A stretch of 61,793 nt of DNA, the filler included, from Choristocarpus tenellus KU-1152 (lineage: Eukaryota > Protista > Phaeophyceae), in assembly GCA_964200185.2 (NCBI GenBank). It is 10 parts of 10 records of this genome, joined end to end, with 100 filler letters (N's around TTAATTAATTAA, not from the genome) between each part and the next. Parts side by side here need not be neighbours in the genome. Positions count along the whole stretch, not along the records: positions 49,356 to 61,793 come from CAXNAD020001836.1; 9 more parts are not named here. One strand, 5' to 3'. How positions within the stretch are numbered: position 1 is the first letter of the stretch; every line of letters starts with the position of its first letter. Of the stretch, positions 60,603 through 61,793 are shown one piece after another. The notes under the pieces were generated by a model that was given only the letters and a program-made list of their open reading frames with translations, searched no databases and had not been told where the DNA came from. The position numbers and the translations under genes are program-made.

Positions 60603-61793
60603 GCATTGCTGGAAAACAAACTTGAGCACTATGGTGAGGCAAAATTTCATGCCATCAACAATATCGTGACTAGTACATGATATAAAGTAGTTTCAGTACC
60701 CTCTGCCCTCGCAAGTACCTCTACTGAACAAGTAGGATATTCACCCTAGCAAACATGGTGCCAGATATTCCAGGCCTGAATCATCTCTTTCAACATATAA
60801 TGGCACTGCCTAGGTCTTACAACACTGGATCAGAACATATCCATCTTGAAACTAGCAAACAACCAGGTATAGGTGTTGGACACATGGGAGCAAAGTGGGC
60901 TGAGACTACAACGATGAATTCACCAAAACAAGAACATTCTCTGGGGTCACACGTGGAGGATAAAGCAATACATGGTGATGGGCAGATTACTCCAGTCGTA
61001 CCAGATGAAGAACATGCCACCAATATATCTAGTCCAATGATCAAATCGGATGTTCAGACAGTTGATGGGGCCATCAGTGACCTCAATCAAAAGAATGATG
61101 TGATCAGTGCTCTGGACAATACGAAACGCCTGGACGACCTCGTCGGTTCCAGCACCTCTCCAGTCAAGAGACGAAGCTCTGGTGGTGTGCCGAAACTTGC
61201 CCCTGGAGATAAAGTGGAGACCCTCTGCCACCCAGTTGGTTCGCCACTTGACACCCAAGCTTTCATACCTGGATGTGTAGCGCACTGCAATTCAGATGAT
61301 ACAGTGGATGTCATCCTTGATGATGGTCAATTTCAAAAGAGTGTGCCGCTGCGACAAATCCGTCCTCTCCAGCGGGTTAGTGGGAGTTCTGCTGAGGCTG
61401 GAAGTGATCCTGCTACTGGAAGGCAACATGAACAGAGTTTGTATGACAAGTCAAACGGGATAAGACAAATGGATGGCAGCAAGACAAACAGCGGTGGTGA
61501 TGATAAATCGACAGTTCCACCCTCAATACTCGAAGGGGCCATCAGTGACCTCAATCAAAAGAATGATGTGATCAGTGCTCCGGACAATACGAAACGCCTG
61601 GACGACCTCGTCGGTTCCAGCACCTCTCCAGTCAAGAGACGAAGCTCTGGTCGTATACCGAAACTTGCCCCTGGGGATAAAGTGGAGACCCTCTGCCACC
61701 CAGTTGGTTCCCCGTTTGACACCCATGCTTTCATACCTGGATGTGTAGCACACTGCAATTCAGATGATACAGTGGATGTCATCCTAGATGATG
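52101..61793 (+). CDS. Large coiled-coil protein with tandem Tudor/Agenet-like repeats; runs off the window
   Basis: Phase-consistent exons 52101-52636, 52924-53112, 53399-53638, 54314-54553, 55077-55173, 56025-56176, 56340-56436, 58634-58765, 59214-59318, 59619-59791, 59955-60353, 60814->61793. E/Q/K-rich heptads; three repeats of GDKVE...G.V..CN...T.dV.LDDG....VP...vRPL, the third cut by the window end. Confidence 0.82.
57133..57390 (+). mobile_element. Older MITE family A copy in an intron
   Basis: Conserved interior, degenerate left TIR; TSD ACT. Confidence 0.85.
61067..61793 (+). repeat. Recent intra-exonic duplication, 468-bp offset
   Basis: 61067-61325 is nearly identical to 61535-61793. 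A more diverged copy lies at about 60020-60320. Confidence 0.92.

Noticed and set aside
1-61793. A functional gene cluster linking the trafficking, flagellar and glucan genes
   Set aside because: Each gene is on a separate contig joined by artificial linkers, so adjacency is not evidence.

Overview
This is eukaryotic, intron-rich genomic DNA, most likely from a photosynthetic stramenopile such as a brown alga or relative. That assignment is an inference from a GT48 1,3-beta-glucan synthase, an axonemal dynein intermediate chain, stramenopile-type Tudor repeats and TTAGGG repeats. The window is not one locus. Ten contigs are joined by nine identical artificial 100-nt linkers (N44-TTAATTAATTAA-N44), so neighbourhood across linkers means nothing. 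Hand-spliced, phase-consistent gene models: (1) 3' part of an uncharacterised membrane protein (-); (2) a complete 9-exon gene with an unusual FAIM-like + PX + PDZ + C-terminal NPF architecture (-); (3) 5' part of a Sec23/24-type zinc finger + vWA protein of the CPRas1-like family (+); (4) three exons of WDR63/DNAI3 (+); (5) nine exons of a callose/1,3-beta-glucan synthase (+); (6) an acidic terminal exon (+); (7) a coiled-coil protein with tandem Tudor-like repeats that runs off the window (+). The rest is decayed and nested Ty3/gypsy and Ty1/copia elements, related MITE families with 3-bp target-site duplications (TSDs), a hairpin-ended repeat family that may be Helentron-like, interstitial telomeric repeats and mini/microsatellites. 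No CRISPR, rRNA or intact tRNA was seen. No new multi-gene system can be supported. The best novelty candidates are the FAIM-PX-PDZ protein, the MITE and Helentron-like families, and the overlap of telomeric repeats with splice signals. All domain calls are by motif recognition, with no database search.
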